A stretch of 64,000 bases of DNA from Promethearchaeota archaeon (GCA_016839705.1 JAEOTR010000048.1:24779-88778), one strand, 5' to 3'. Shown: positions 9,427 to 20,555, counted from the first letter of the stretch. Numbers and translations are program-made. The notes: generated by a model not told the origin, from the letters alone.

Positions 9427-10743
9427 ATGGTAAATTGTTTAATAGTTGGTCATGGTGCGAGGGAACATGTTATTGGTGAGACTCTTGTTAGAGGAGGCGC
9501 TAATTTATTTGCTTTTATGAGTTTCAAAAATGCAGGATTAGAGGATTTGAGCAAAAATATTAAAATTCACTCAGAGACAGACTTTCAAGAAATCCTTAAC
9601 TTTTCAAGAAAAAATAAGATAGATTTTGCTGTTATTGGACCAGAAGCGCCATTAGTCGTAGGTATTGTAGATGCTTTAGAAAAGGGCGGTATTCCTTGTG
9701 TAGGACCTAAAATTGAAGCAGCACAATTAGAAGGCTCAAAGGTATTCATGAGAAGTCTCCTTGAAAAATACAAAATCCCCTCAAACTTGAAAAATAAAAT
9801 GTTTGATTCTATGGAGGGTGTTGAAAGCTATTTGAAGGATGTGGGTCAAGAAAATATTGTTGTCAAACCAGAAGGCTTAACTGGGGGAAAAGGAGTTAAA
9901 GTTTTCGGAGATCACCTTTTTTCAAAAGAGGATATCCTAGAGTATTGCAAAGAGTTATTAGATAACAAAAATAGATTTCTCTTAGAGGAAAGATGTGAGG
10001 GAGAAGAATTTACGCTCCAAGCATTTGTTGATGGAAAAGATGTAATTGGGTCACCCTTAGTTCAAGACCATAAAAGAGCATATGAAGATGATAAAGGTCC
10101 AAATACAGGCGGAATGGGTTCATACAGTATAGAAGATCACCTTATGCCCTTTATAACGCAAAATGATGTGAATGAGGCTCTTGCAGATATGAAAAAATCA
10201 GTAGCTGCAGTAAAAGCTGAAACGGGGACTGAGTATAAAGGATTTTTATATGGACAATTCATGAAAACTGCGGATGGCTTAAAATTGATAGAATTCAATT
10301 CTCGTTGGGGCGATCCCGAGGCTATGAATGTGTTACCTCTCCTTAAGGGTAATTTTGTTGAAATTTGTTGGGCAATTATTAATGGAAATTTATCTAAGAA
10401 TTTTGAATTTGAAAAAAAAGCAACGGTATGTAAATATCTCGCTCCCGAAGGATATCCTGTGAATCCAAAAAGAGACGAACTAATTACTATTGACAAAAAG
10501 AAATTAGAAAAGATTGGTGCAAATCACTATTACGCCTCAGTTTATCGAGAAGGAAATAACATATATACTACATCTTCAAGAGCAATAGGGATATTAGGGA
10601 TTGCTAATTCTCTTGAAGAGGCTGAAAAAATTGCCGAAAAGGGAGTGGGTTGCGTTGAAGGTAAATTATTTCATAGAAAAGATGTTGGAACACGAGAGAT
10701 TCTACAGAAACGAATAGATCATATGAAAACTCTTCTTAAGTGA
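9427..10743 (+). CDS. purD: phosphoribosylamine–glycine ligase
   Basis: GHGAREH, IGPEAPL, LEGSK, QDHKR, GPNTGGMG, EFNSRWGDPE. ATG at 9427 preferred over TTG at 9400. Confidence 0.95.
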   Translation: MVNCLIVGHGAREHVIGETLVRGGANLFAFMSFKNAGLEDLSKNIKIHSETDFQEILNFSRKNKIDFAVIGPEAPLVVGIVDALEKGGIPCVGPKIEAAQLEGSKVFMRSLLEKYKIPSNLKNKMFDSMEGVESYLKDVGQENIVVKPEGLTGGKGVKVFGDHLFSKEDILEYCKELLDNKNRFLLEERCEGEEFTLQAFVDGKDVIGSPLVQDHKRAYEDDKGPNTGGMGSYSIEDHLMPFITQNDVNEALADMKKSVAAVKAETGTEYKGFLYGQFMKTADGLKLIEFNSRWGDPEAMNVLPLLKGNFVEICWAIINGNLSKNFEFEKKATVCKYLAPEGYPVNPKRDELITIDKKKLEKIGANHYYASVYREGNNIYTTSSRAIGILGIANSLEEAEKIAEKGVGCVEGKLFHRKDVGTREILQKRIDHMKTLLK

Positions 10744-10844
10744 GATATAGAACGTATTAGATTTACTTTTCTTTCACAATTACTAATTTTATATTTTATA
10801 ATAATCAAATTATAATAATGTTGAAATTAAGCTTTACATGAACA

Positions 10845-11330
10845 ATGACTTGGCATGAACAGAATTTTAAATATAATGCTTTAGTAAAAAAACTTTTCCA
10901 CGATGAAAATTGGCAGCAACGGGCTGAAGCTGCAAGAGAATTAGGAATCATGCAAGAGGGAAGAGTTGTTAATTTACTCTGTCGTGCTTTGAGATCTGAA
11001 AAGGATTATCTAGTTGTCAACAAAATTATTGAAGCCCTTGGAAAAATTGGAGATGGTCGAGCAACTTTAAGGATTGTAGAAAAGCTGATTGAAGAATTGG
11101 ATAAGCCTGAAACAGATAAATTCAGAGTTATTTCCATTTTAGAAGCTTTGAAAGAAATTAAAGATAAACGAGCTTTAGTATATATAGGATTGTTTCTAGA
11201 ATCGTCCGACGAAACTTTGAAGAATCTTGCAGAAGATATTTTTGATGCCATAGAGCCAGATTGGCGGAACATTGTAAAGAAAGAAAGAAAAGAGAAATCC
11301 ATCCAAGAAATTTTCAGAACTAAAATCTAA
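10845..11330 (+). CDS. HEAT-repeat (PBS-lyase-like) protein
   Basis: WQQRAEAARELG, IIEALGKIGDGRA and ILEALKEIKDKRA repeats. Confidence 0.8.
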   Translation: MTWHEQNFKYNALVKKLFHDENWQQRAEAARELGIMQEGRVVNLLCRALRSEKDYLVVNKIIEALGKIGDGRATLRIVEKLIEELDKPETDKFRVISILEALKEIKDKRALVYIGLFLESSDETLKNLAEDIFDAIEPDWRNIVKKERKEKSIQEIFRTKI

Positions 11331-11440
11331 ATTAATTTAGATAAGTTAGTCAGTGACTCTGTTTAACAAGCTCTTAATAACATTGTTATAATAGATTTTT
11401 AATTTAATTATTGTTAAAGATTTCAATTCAAATCTAATTA

Positions 11441-12562
11441 TTGGTGAATTTAGTGTCAAGGAAGTTGGTATGTTGTTGGGATTTAGAAGGGCCAATAAGT
11501 ATAATAGATTTTGCTGCGGAGATTGGGAAGCTATTGAGCAATAGGTCCAAATTAAATCTACAAAAATACAACATGGGTGAATTTTTTCAAATGATATCCA
11601 ACTATGACGATTATCTTATTGAGGTTCCTGGCGTCAAAGAGCAATTGAATATTCCAGAATATCAACCCGGAGATACTCTTAGATTAATGGCACCATTGTA
11701 TGCAACTACCTATACCGATAAAGAATTAATTGATTTAGCTAAAAATAATCGTGGGTTATTGCCAGGATGCAAGGAATTAATGAGGAGATTACATGATGAA
11801 TGGGATATTTTTGTTATATCAACGAGTTACACACATTTTGCTAATATTGTCACAGCCGCATTAGGGATCTTTAAAGACCATGTTTATTGTACTGAATTAA
11901 ATATTCAAGAAATGAAAATGGGACTTTCTAATATTGAAAAAGATGTAGAAATTCTTCTAAAACAAATATTTCAAAAATATCTGAAAAATAATAAAGAATT
12001 GAGTATTGTGATTGAAGATCTAAATAACTTTTTCTGGAAAGAAGAACAATCAGATTATATAAAAGTTATGAACCAGGTGAAGGTTAGAGGTGGAAGAAGG
12101 AAAGAAATTGCGGTAGAGGATATATCAGAAAGAACAGGAGTATCGATTTCACAAATGATTGCTATAGGTGATTCAATCACGGATATAGATATGCTTCAAA
12201 GATTAAGTAATGAAAAAGGAATTGCCATTTCATTCAACGGAAATAGATTTAGCTTAAAAAGAGCAAATCTTGCAGCAACCACTCCTAATAGTCTAGGTAT
12301 ATTACCAATATTTCAATCACACTACGACATCACCAATTTTTTAGAGGAATGGGAATCAAATTTTGAAAGTTTTCGAAATAATCCAAAGAACATACCTAAA
12401 GGTCTGATTTCACGGGAAAGCAAAGAATTTTGCGTTAAATATAATTTTCTACCTGAATTTGATAATCTAACCAATAAAGATGAAAAACAATTAGCTGAAA
12501 TTATTTCAAAGCAAGAGACGATGAGAAAAAAAGTACGAGGATGGGCAGGGACTTTCGGATAA
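11441..12562 (+). CDS. HAD-superfamily hydrolase (EhaR/COG4030-like)
   Basis: WDLEGP motif I variant, YQPGDTL, ISTSY motif II, IGDSITDIDML motif IV, ISFNGN. Confidence 0.75.
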   Translation: MVNLVSRKLVCCWDLEGPISIIDFAAEIGKLLSNRSKLNLQKYNMGEFFQMISNYDDYLIEVPGVKEQLNIPEYQPGDTLRLMAPLYATTYTDKELIDLAKNNRGLLPGCKELMRRLHDEWDIFVISTSYTHFANIVTAALGIFKDHVYCTELNIQEMKMGLSNIEKDVEILLKQIFQKYLKNNKELSIVIEDLNNFFWKEEQSDYIKVMNQVKVRGGRRKEIAVEDISERTGVSISQMIAIGDSITDIDMLQRLSNEKGIAISFNGNRFSLKRANLAATTPNSLGILPIFQSHYDITNFLEEWESNFESFRNNPKNIPKGLISRESKEFCVKYNFLPEFDNLTNKDEKQLAEIISKQETMRKKVRGWAGTFG

Positions 12563-12693
12563 ATTGATTGAGTTGATCAATTAAGGAAAAAATTCTAAAA
12601 TTATTCATTTATAGGAACAAATATATTTTTTATTCCTCTAATTTTACATAAAGATAGAATTATTTTACACCCTTTTATGAGGTAATCTTCAAA

Positions 12694-15486
12694 ATGGCAA
12701 GTATTGTTAAGAATATCAATAAAATAAATCAACTTATTTCCGAAAATATCGAAGATATGATTTTCATATGTAATGAAAATATTGAATGTGAATACCACAA
12801 TAATAAAGAATTGCAATATAGAAAGCATTTAATTGATTTTCTACATCCCAGTGACTCGAAACTAGTAGGTAACTTTATAAGAAATGTCTTTAAAATTGGA
12901 TATGACAGAGAAGAATTTAGGATAGCAGGTGATAATAACCTTTTCAAATGGTATGATATTAAGGGGAAAAGATTTGTTGACGATCAAAACAATAAAAAAG
13001 TTATTCTGATTTGTAGAGAAATCAGCAAGTTAAAAAAACTAGAAAAAGATATTAAAGATAGTCAAATCAGATACGCTCAATTAGCAGATACTTTACCTGA
13101 AATTAATTATTGGAAACTTCTTCAATCTAAGGATAGTTTTACTGCTGTTCAAAAAGCTAGGGAAATGTTAGAAGTAATAATTAACAATATTCCTCAATTA
13201 ATTTATTGGAAAGACATAAAGTTGAAATATTTAGGGTGTAATGCCAATTTTGCAGGAATAAATGGCTTGATTAATTCTTCTTCAATAATAGGTCGATCTG
13301 ACGATGATTTAAAATGGGAAATAGACAAGATCGCTTATATCCAAGAATGTGAACACAATGTAATAAAGAATAATGAGCCGGAATATAATGTCATTGAGCT
13401 TTTAAAAACAGTTGATGGAAAACAAGCTTGGTATGAGATAAACAGAGTACCTCTACATAATATGAGTGGAAAGGTAGTAGGAATTCTTGTCACTTATGAG
13501 GATATCACAATTAGGAAGTTTTCTGAGCAAAAATTAAAAGAATCTGAAGAAAAATATAGAACTATATTCAACTCAAGTCCCGACTACATCTTCATAACCG
13601 ATGTTGAGGGAAATATATTAGACATGAACTTAGCATTATTAGATAGAATTGGGATGACATTAGAGGAGGTTCATGGAACGAATTTTGCGCAATTTTATGC
13701 TGGTGACAATCTTGACGAATTATTATTGGCCCGGGATGAAATTGGAGCAGGAAAAGAAATTAAGGGATCTGAAGTTAAAGCCAGAGCCAAAACAGGAGAG
13801 ATTTTTGAATATGAAGTAAATTCCGTACCAATTAAGGAAAATGGAAGAGTAGTAAAAGTTATTAATTTAGCCAGAGACGTTACCGATAAAAAAATTGCTG
13901 AAAAAAAATTGCAGAAATCGCAAGAAGATTTACGAGTTTTGAATAAGGAATTAGAACAAAAAATTAAAGAAAGAACTAAAGATTTAATAGAATCTGAAAG
14001 ACAATATCGCACAACCATTGATTTCTTGGGAGATCCTTTACATGTTGTAGACAGAGATCTAAGAATAATTTTGGTAAATCAACCATTCAAGAGATGGCTA
14101 AATGAACTAAATATTGAAGCCGAAATACTTAGAAAGAAAATTCCTGAGATTTTTCCATTTTTACCCCCTAAAATATATGATGAATACGCGAAAGTATTTG
14201 ATACTGGTAGTCCTCTTATTACAATGGAATCTACTTCGGTACAAGAACGTAATTTGATCACAGAAACTCGAAAAATTCCGATTTTTAGTGAAGGAAGGGT
14301 TGAACAGGTAATTACAATAATTAGAGATGTCACTGAGAGTAGGGAAATGGAACATCAATTAAAAGAATCTGAGGAAAAGTATAGAAACATGGTAAATTAC
14401 TTAGATCTAGGATTTTATAAAGGGGAATACAGAGGTAAGCTTCTAATGCATAATCAAGCATTTAATGAAATGTTAGGACTTAGACCAAATGAGAGTATCG
14501 TTGGTTTAGAATCATCTCAATTTTTTGTTAATCCAGAAGTGCAAAATAAATATTATTCAGAATTAGATGAAAAAGGAATTGTGAAACACTTCATTGCCCA
14601 AATTAAGAACTTTAATGAGGAAATTATCGTTGTAGATTTGAATGCTCATGTAATATATGATTCAGATGGAAAACCTATGGAAATTGAGGGTACATTTGCA
14701 GATATTACTGAAAAATTCAAATTGCAGCAAGATCTATTGGAATCTGAGAAAAAATTAAGAGAAAAAAATATTGAATTAATGAAGTTGGATGAAATTAAAA
14801 ATGATTTTATAACAATGGCTGCACATGAATTAAAAACACCATTAATCTCAATCTCAGGATATACTGATTATATATTAATAAAACATCGGAGTTATTTAAC
14901 CCCTGAAATTACAGAAGATTTGAAGACTGTTCAAAGAAATGTCACTAGACTTGAGGTTTTAATGGACCAGTTATTAGAGGTCATGAAGATTGATGAAAAT
15001 AAATTAAAACTCCAGAAACAAAAAGTTAACATCACAAAGATAATTAATGATTGTCTAGATGAATTAAGCTATTTGATTAATGAAAAAAATCTTGAGGTAA
15101 TATTAAATATCAATCATGAAATAATACTAAGCGTTGACCCAACTCGAATTTTCACTGTTTTTACAAATTTAATCTCTAACGCTATTAAATTTACACCAGA
15201 TTATGGATGGATTGAAATTTCGAGTAAAAAAGCTGATAAGGAGTATGTCTTTGAAGTAAAAGATAATGGAATAGGATTGGCTGAAGATGAAATATCTCGA
15301 TTATTTATAAAATTCGAAAGGATTAAACAACCAAATCTTAATGAAAGCGTTACTATAAATGATAGCGGAACGGGTTTAGGTTTATATATCACTAAAGGAA
15401 TTGTTAATTTACATAAGGGGGAGATTCGAGCAAGTTCTGATGGATTAGATAAAGGAGCTACATTTACCTTTACTTTGCCAATTTAA
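12694..15486 (+). CDS. cytoplasmic multi-PAS sensor histidine kinase
   Basis: Repeated PAS/PAC units (ESEEKYR...DIT/DVT), AAHELKTPL H-box, NLISNAIKF N-box, DNGIG, GTGLGL. No TM segments. Confidence 0.93.
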   Translation: MASIVKNINKINQLISENIEDMIFICNENIECEYHNNKELQYRKHLIDFLHPSDSKLVGNFIRNVFKIGYDREEFRIAGDNNLFKWYDIKGKRFVDDQNNKKVILICREISKLKKLEKDIKDSQIRYAQLADTLPEINYWKLLQSKDSFTAVQKAREMLEVIINNIPQLIYWKDIKLKYLGCNANFAGINGLINSSSIIGRSDDDLKWEIDKIAYIQECEHNVIKNNEPEYNVIELLKTVDGKQAWYEINRVPLHNMSGKVVGILVTYEDITIRKFSEQKLKESEEKYRTIFNSSPDYIFITDVEGNILDMNLALLDRIGMTLEEVHGTNFAQFYAGDNLDELLLARDEIGAGKEIKGSEVKARAKTGEIFEYEVNSVPIKENGRVVKVINLARDVTDKKIAEKKLQKSQEDLRVLNKELEQKIKERTKDLIESERQYRTTIDFLGDPLHVVDRDLRIILVNQPFKRWLNELNIEAEILRKKIPEIFPFLPPKIYDEYAKVFDTGSPLITMESTSVQERNLITETRKIPIFSEGRVEQVITIIRDVTESREMEHQLKESEEKYRNMVNYLDLGFYKGEYRGKLLMHNQAFNEMLGLRPNESIVGLESSQFFVNPEVQNKYYSELDEKGIVKHFIAQIKNFNEEIIVVDLNAHVIYDSDGKPMEIEGTFADITEKFKLQQDLLESEKKLREKNIELMKLDEIKNDFITMAAHELKTPLISISGYTDYILIKHRSYLTPEITEDLKTVQRNVTRLEVLMDQLLEVMKIDENKLKLQKQKVNITKIINDCLDELSYLINEKNLEVILNINHEIILSVDPTRIFTVFTNLISNAIKFTPDYGWIEISSKKADKEYVFEVKDNGIGLAEDEISRLFIKFERIKQPNLNESVTINDSGTGLGLYITKGIVNLHKGEIRASSDGLDKGATFTFTLPI

Positions 15487-15614
15487 AAATATTTCATTCG
15501 AGCGAATAATATACCAATATAGTAATTTGGATATTTTTTCTTTAATAACAAACAGAAATTTATTTATCTGTTATAATTTATTATTTGAATTTCGGAACAT
15601 ATCATACAGTCATT

Positions 15615-17765
15615 ATGTCAACATTAATAATAGCTGAGAAAAATAAAGCAGCAGAGGCTATAGCAAAAGCAATTGGGACAGTTAAAGTAATAAATAAAAC
15701 CAAATCGTTAAAGATCTACTCAATTCCATCAAAAAATATATATGTAGTTCCGTTACGTGGTCATCTTCTCGAATATAGAAATACGGATGCGTATAAAAGT
15801 TGGACAAAATCAAATCCTAGAGAAATTATCACTAATTCTAATGCAATTGAAAAAGTCCCTGTAAGTTATGCACCTCCCTATATTAGTGCTTTAAAAGAAT
15901 ATTCTAAAATTTCGGATCATTGCATTATTGGAACTGATGCTGACATTGAAGGATGTAACATTGGGTTTTTTGACGCTCTCCCTTATGTTAAGAACATAAA
16001 CCCAAATATAAAAATCTCACAAATGTGGCTTAGTTCACTCCAACCTAACGAAATTAACACTAAATTCAAAAATTTAATAACCCCAAAATACAGTTGGGGT
16101 GAATCAGGTGAGGCAAGAGCAATTATTGATGCGATTATTGGTTTTTCTGCTACTAGAGAAGTCACCAATACTCTTCGTCTTTTATTAAATAAATTTGGCG
16201 TTAAGTTTACTTCAATTGGTAGAGTTCAGACCAGTCTTCTCTATTTAATCTATTTGAAAGAAAAAGATACCGAGAACTTTGTCCCAGAACTCTATTTTTT
16301 AATAGATGCGGTTTTACATCATCAAAATGGGACATTTAAAGCACATCATTTATCAAATCCTTTTAAACATAATTTTGAATCCAAGGCACGACAAATTTTT
16401 CAAAAAATTCAAAAGGAAAAAATTGCTAAAGTTGTGGATATATCTAAAAAACCTAGAAAAAGAAAACCACCGAGTCCTTTAAATACGTCAAAAGCACTAA
16501 TCCTTCTGACTAAAAATTTAAAAATTCCCGCAAATTTTGCCTTGAAAACTATGAATGCGTTATACCTTAATAAAATAATATCCTACCCTCGGACAGATAG
16601 TGATGTCTACACACCAGAATTCAATCATACAGATATTTTAGATAAATTCACATCTCATTCTCAATTTGGCTCATATAGTATTAGTTTAATTAGAAATAAG
16701 AGAAAAACACCCACTAAGGGAAAAAAAGATGCAGGGGACCATCCACCAATTACTCCTCTTGAGAGTGTAGAAGAAAATAGTACAAAATTTGAAAATGAAT
16801 TACAGAAAAAAGTATATAATCTACTTGCACGACATTACTTAGCCTTATTTGGTGAAGACGCAACTGAGTCTACTCAAGTTTTAAATCTTCTTATTAAGGA
16901 TGAAGCTTTTAAAGCTCAGCGAGTTTCATTAATCATAAAAGGATTTTTAGAAATTGCTCCGTTTCTCACACCCAAATATGAAGAAGAAATACAAATTTCG
17001 AGAAATGAATTACCAATAGAAGAAATTACCTTCAACCAAAAAGAAACCACACCACCCCCAAGATTCAATGATACATCCTTACTAAAATTGATGGAAAAAA
17101 ATCATCTTGGAACAAAATCCACACGACCTCAAATAATTTACCTATTACAAAAGCGACAAGTGATAAAAAGAGTTAAATATCAATATTTAATAACAGATTT
17201 GGGTAAATTTATTATCGAAAGTTTGATTTCAATATGGTTACCCTTCCTTAAACCTGATTTTACAAAAATGATTGAAGAAAAGCTCGAAGATATTAAAGAA
17301 ATGAGAGAAAAAATGCACAACGTTGTGGATGAAATAAGAATAGAGTTTTTGAAACTATTCGACAAGTTTCTAGCCAAAAAACAAGAGTTAACTTCGAAAG
17401 CTAATAATTATAAAATGAACTTCACGATACCTCTGACATCAACCAATTGTCCATTTTGCCATACTAACCCTATGAAATTTATTAATTTAAAAGCTAAAAG
17501 ATTTCTAGTGTGCTCAGATGAAAGTTGTAAAAAATTTTTATCATTACCCAAGAAAGGAAAATTAGAATTATTAGATTCTGTTTGCTCGATTTGTAATTTC
17601 AATATTTTTAAAATATCCCTTCAGAAAAATCAAAAATTTTATACCTATTATCTGTGCCCTAAATGTTGGAATGATGGGTTTCAAGATAATCCTGAAAAAG
17701 GAAAAGGTTTCTGTTCTAACTGTAAAGACTTCAAAATTTCTAAAGATCAATGTATAAAAAAGTAA
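15615..17765 (+). CDS. topA: type IA DNA topoisomerase with C-terminal Zn ribbons
   Basis: Toprim IAEK and TDADIEG, SIGRVQT, active-site ISYPRTD, HPPITP, LGTKSTR; C-terminal CxxC pairs. ATG at 15615 preferred. Confidence 0.92.
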   Translation: MSTLIIAEKNKAAEAIAKAIGTVKVINKTKSLKIYSIPSKNIYVVPLRGHLLEYRNTDAYKSWTKSNPREIITNSNAIEKVPVSYAPPYISALKEYSKISDHCIIGTDADIEGCNIGFFDALPYVKNINPNIKISQMWLSSLQPNEINTKFKNLITPKYSWGESGEARAIIDAIIGFSATREVTNTLRLLLNKFGVKFTSIGRVQTSLLYLIYLKEKDTENFVPELYFLIDAVLHHQNGTFKAHHLSNPFKHNFESKARQIFQKIQKEKIAKVVDISKKPRKRKPPSPLNTSKALILLTKNLKIPANFALKTMNALYLNKIISYPRTDSDVYTPEFNHTDILDKFTSHSQFGSYSISLIRNKRKTPTKGKKDAGDHPPITPLESVEENSTKFENELQKKVYNLLARHYLALFGEDATESTQVLNLLIKDEAFKAQRVSLIIKGFLEIAPFLTPKYEEEIQISRNELPIEEITFNQKETTPPPRFNDTSLLKLMEKNHLGTKSTRPQIIYLLQKRQVIKRVKYQYLITDLGKFIIESLISIWLPFLKPDFTKMIEEKLEDIKEMREKMHNVVDEIRIEFLKLFDKFLAKKQELTSKANNYKMNFTIPLTSTNCPFCHTNPMKFINLKAKRFLVCSDESCKKFLSLPKKGKLELLDSVCSICNFNIFKISLQKNQKFYTYYLCPKCWNDGFQDNPEKGKGFCSNCKDFKISKDQCIKK

Positions 17766-17811
17766 TAATTAGTATAGAATAACCTTTTGATTTCTTTACG
17801 ATTTCATTCTC

Positions 17812-18150
17812 CTAAAAGAATTTCTTAACATCAAACCGATAAGCTGCTCTTGTTAAGCCAACATAATTGTCCGTAATCTTGTAAAACAGTTTTTCATTAA
17901 CAAGTTTTTTCTGTAAATAGTTATTTTTAATCAAATGATTTAAAGAATTAATCATGGTTCCTAACGTAACCGCGCCAACAAATCCATGTTGTTTCTTGGT
18001 AACCCTAATTAATTCAAGTTCAGAATGCCATTGTCCATCAAGAAGAGCCCTTAAAATATCATTCTTAATAGGGGTTTTTATATCTTTAATTTTATTGAAC
18101 AAAACTGAATATATAGGATTATAATATCTTTCCTGCTCTTTTTCTTCCAT
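17812..18150 (-). CDS. small winged-helix-like putative DNA-binding protein
   Basis: ILRALLDGQWHSELELIR...TLGTMINSL...YLQKK...FYKIT fits the wHTH topology. Confidence 0.55.
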   Translation of the reverse strand: MEEKEQERYYNPIYSVLFNKIKDIKTPIKNDILRALLDGQWHSELELIRVTKKQHGFVGAVTLGTMINSLNHLIKNNYLQKKLVNEKLFYKITDNYVGLTRAAYRFDVKKFF

Positions 18151-18218
18151 TCTTCAATATCACTTTGCAAAACGCTTCTAATGTGATTTTATACTTAACC
18201 TTATTATTTAACTAAATG

Positions 18219-18326
18219 TAATATCGCTGTAATACCTAATTTTTGTCTTAATATTGTAATAATGTTTTTTTATCTTGTATGTTATGATTAACTCATAACA
18301 TTTTGTACATAATATCGCTGTAATAC
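18219..18326. promoter_or_regulatory. perfect 17-bp direct repeat TAATATCGCTGTAATAC (18219..18235, 18310..18326), candidate operator
   Basis: Read directly from the sequence; lies in the 191-bp gap between the actin stop and the wHTH start. Confidence 0.5.
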
Positions 18327-18341
18327 TGATGAATGTGGTAT

Positions 18342-19463
18342 CTAAAGTAAATTAGGTGGAATCCCCTCATCAAAATATTTTACACGGGATATCCAGTTTT
18401 CTGAAAATTCCGGGATCTTTGCTAATATAGAACCTCCAATCCATACAGAAAAAGTTCTCTCTTGAGGAGCAATAATTCTTACGCTCTGGTTTTTTTTCTT
18501 CCTCCTGGCTAATTCAAGTTCTAATTCCTGATACATTCTTGATTTTAAATTAGGAAACATTGAAGAACCACCACTTAAAAAAATATTATTTAATAATTCT
18601 GGTCGAATATCCAAATCACAAGCTTCTATTACATCCAAAATTGCCACCGGTAGGGAATCCTCCTCTAATTCAGGAGATGGATTAAATAAAAGCTCTGGAA
18701 CTATAAACCGTTCATTATGCAATGAGATTGTTGAACCATCTGGTAAAGAATAGTCTTTATTATACTGTTCACTTCTTTTCAAATCCTCTTTATAATCTAA
18801 AGAAACAAAACAAGCTTTTTCTTTTAAAACTCTTACTAATTCTCTTCGAATAGAAGAATCAACCGACCAGCCAATAGATTCCAAGATTTTTTCCATATAA
18901 TGAGTCAGTACCCTACCCCCAATTTCTAGAATTCTTACCGCATGATTTAATTTATATCCTTCATAAATGGGTACAATTCTGGTATTGCTATCTCCAATTT
19001 CAATAATTAAACCTGTTTGAAATCCCCCTGAATATAAAGTAAGCATCGAATCTAAAACAGGATAAAAATTCATACACTGAAGTCTTCCTAAAAAAAGTTC
19101 AAAAATTTTTTCCAAATCCTTACGGGGGAATAAGGGATGGACGGCTAGTAGGACATTAACTAGAGAGGGATCAACTCTTAAATTATAGAAAATATAATCC
19201 ACAATGTTTTCAAAATGCTTCCAATCAATAATAATCCCTTTTTCTATTGGATGAAAAATCTTATAAAGGCCAATAGATTGGATTTCATCTCCTACATAAA
19301 GTTCATCTTCTCGACTTTTAGCAGTTGAATAATCAATGCTTACACTTTGATATTTCGGTTTCCCAACCATCGTTAAGAAAACTTGAGCTGGAGAATCCTC
19401 TCCTGCAAATCCTATTTTAGTAGAAAATTGGCCAATATCAATAACAACAGTAAGATTTACCAT
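18342..19463 (-). CDS. actin-family protein (divergent Asgard actin/Arp)
   Basis: VVIDIGQFSTKIGFAGEDSP, LYVGDE, HPIEKGIIIDW, IVPIYEG, KEKACFV, YSLPDG, ERFIVPELLF, LSGGSSMFP, SVWIGGSIL; 373 aa, colinear with actin. Confidence 0.93.
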   Translation of the reverse strand: MVNLTVVIDIGQFSTKIGFAGEDSPAQVFLTMVGKPKYQSVSIDYSTAKSREDELYVGDEIQSIGLYKIFHPIEKGIIIDWKHFENIVDYIFYNLRVDPSLVNVLLAVHPLFPRKDLEKIFELFLGRLQCMNFYPVLDSMLTLYSGGFQTGLIIEIGDSNTRIVPIYEGYKLNHAVRILEIGGRVLTHYMEKILESIGWSVDSSIRRELVRVLKEKACFVSLDYKEDLKRSEQYNKDYSLPDGSTISLHNERFIVPELLFNPSPELEEDSLPVAILDVIEACDLDIRPELLNNIFLSGGSSMFPNLKSRMYQELELELARRKKKNQSVRIIAPQERTFSVWIGGSILAKIPEFSENWISRVKYFDEGIPPNLL

Positions 19464-19799
19464 TCTTCCCTTCGAAAATTGCTTATTATTTAATTTCTAA
19501 TTAATATTATAATCCTAATTATTTTAATTAGTATTACACTACCAAAACTTTCTAGAAGACCTTTAATATAAAACTCTTTTTTTTCCTATAAAAAATCTTA
19601 TACTATCAATACGATAAATTTATCTAAAAGTACATTAAAATAATTGATATTTTTCCTTCAAAGGTTTCCCCTCAACTAAATCATAAATAACAAGCGTACT
19701 ATAATACATGTCCAAAAATGTTAAGATATATATTAAAAGGAGTTTTAAATGATATTACAACAAATGAAATTCTAATTCAAATGAATTAAATAAGTGATT

Positions 19800-20354
19800 T
19801 TAAGTATGGAAAAAAGATACATACCTCTTTTTATAATGCTGGGATTTATTATCATTCTGATTATAACCGCATTTGTCGCTGCTGTTTTTGGCGTTCCGAT
19901 CATAGCATTAGATCAGTCAGAAATCTCGATCGCATCATTTGATTATTGGTCATTAGGACATTTCCTATGGGGAGTTGGACTTTTCGTTATATTCTTCACA
20001 TTTGGTTGGATTATCAAAAATTTAACGGATAGCCCAAAAGATCCTATTAATGAACCAGAGGTTAGAAGCTTCATCATATATTGGATAATTATTCTTATTA
20101 TTGCGGGTCTTTGGGAAGTTGTTGAAAATACAATTCTTCATATGGTTAGTATCAAAGTTAAATTCGACAGTGCGGCAAATATAATAACTGATATAATTAC
20201 ATGGGGCATTGGTGGATGTGTGAGTTGGTATATGACAGATCTAATGTTTTTAAGCGACAAATATCTCAGAGCTTATTACCTCTATGGATTTATGTGCCTC
20301 GCAATGGGTATAATCATATTCGTATTCTTTGGTTTTGTTACAACTAATTACTAA
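19800..20354 (+). CDS. integral membrane protein, DUF2585-like
   Basis: DYWSLGH...WEVVEN...DSAANIITD motif series in a multi-TM protein. Start uncertain (GTG 19794 or ATG 19806). Confidence 0.55.
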   Translation, partial: LSMEKRYIPLFIMLGFIIILIITAFVAAVFGVPIIALDQSEISIASFDYWSLGHFLWGVGLFVIFFTFGWIIKNLTDSPKDPINEPEVRSFIIYWIIILIIAGLWEVVENTILHMVSIKVKFDSAANIITDIITWGIGGCVSWYMTDLMFLSDKYLRAYYLYGFMCLAMGIIIFVFFGFVTTNY

Positions 20355-20555
20355 CCTCATTTTTTTTTCTTTCGTGGTGGATTTCATTTAAAATAGGAAA
20401 ATTTATTCTTTAGTTACAAGAATGCAATTTTCAGTTTTTTCGAATAAAAAGAATAAGATTTGAAAAGCTTTTCTAATGAGTATGTTATATTTCTGTTGAT
20501 TTTATTGCTTTGGAAATATAATAGGTTGAACTAGACAGCCCATTCGATGGATTGA

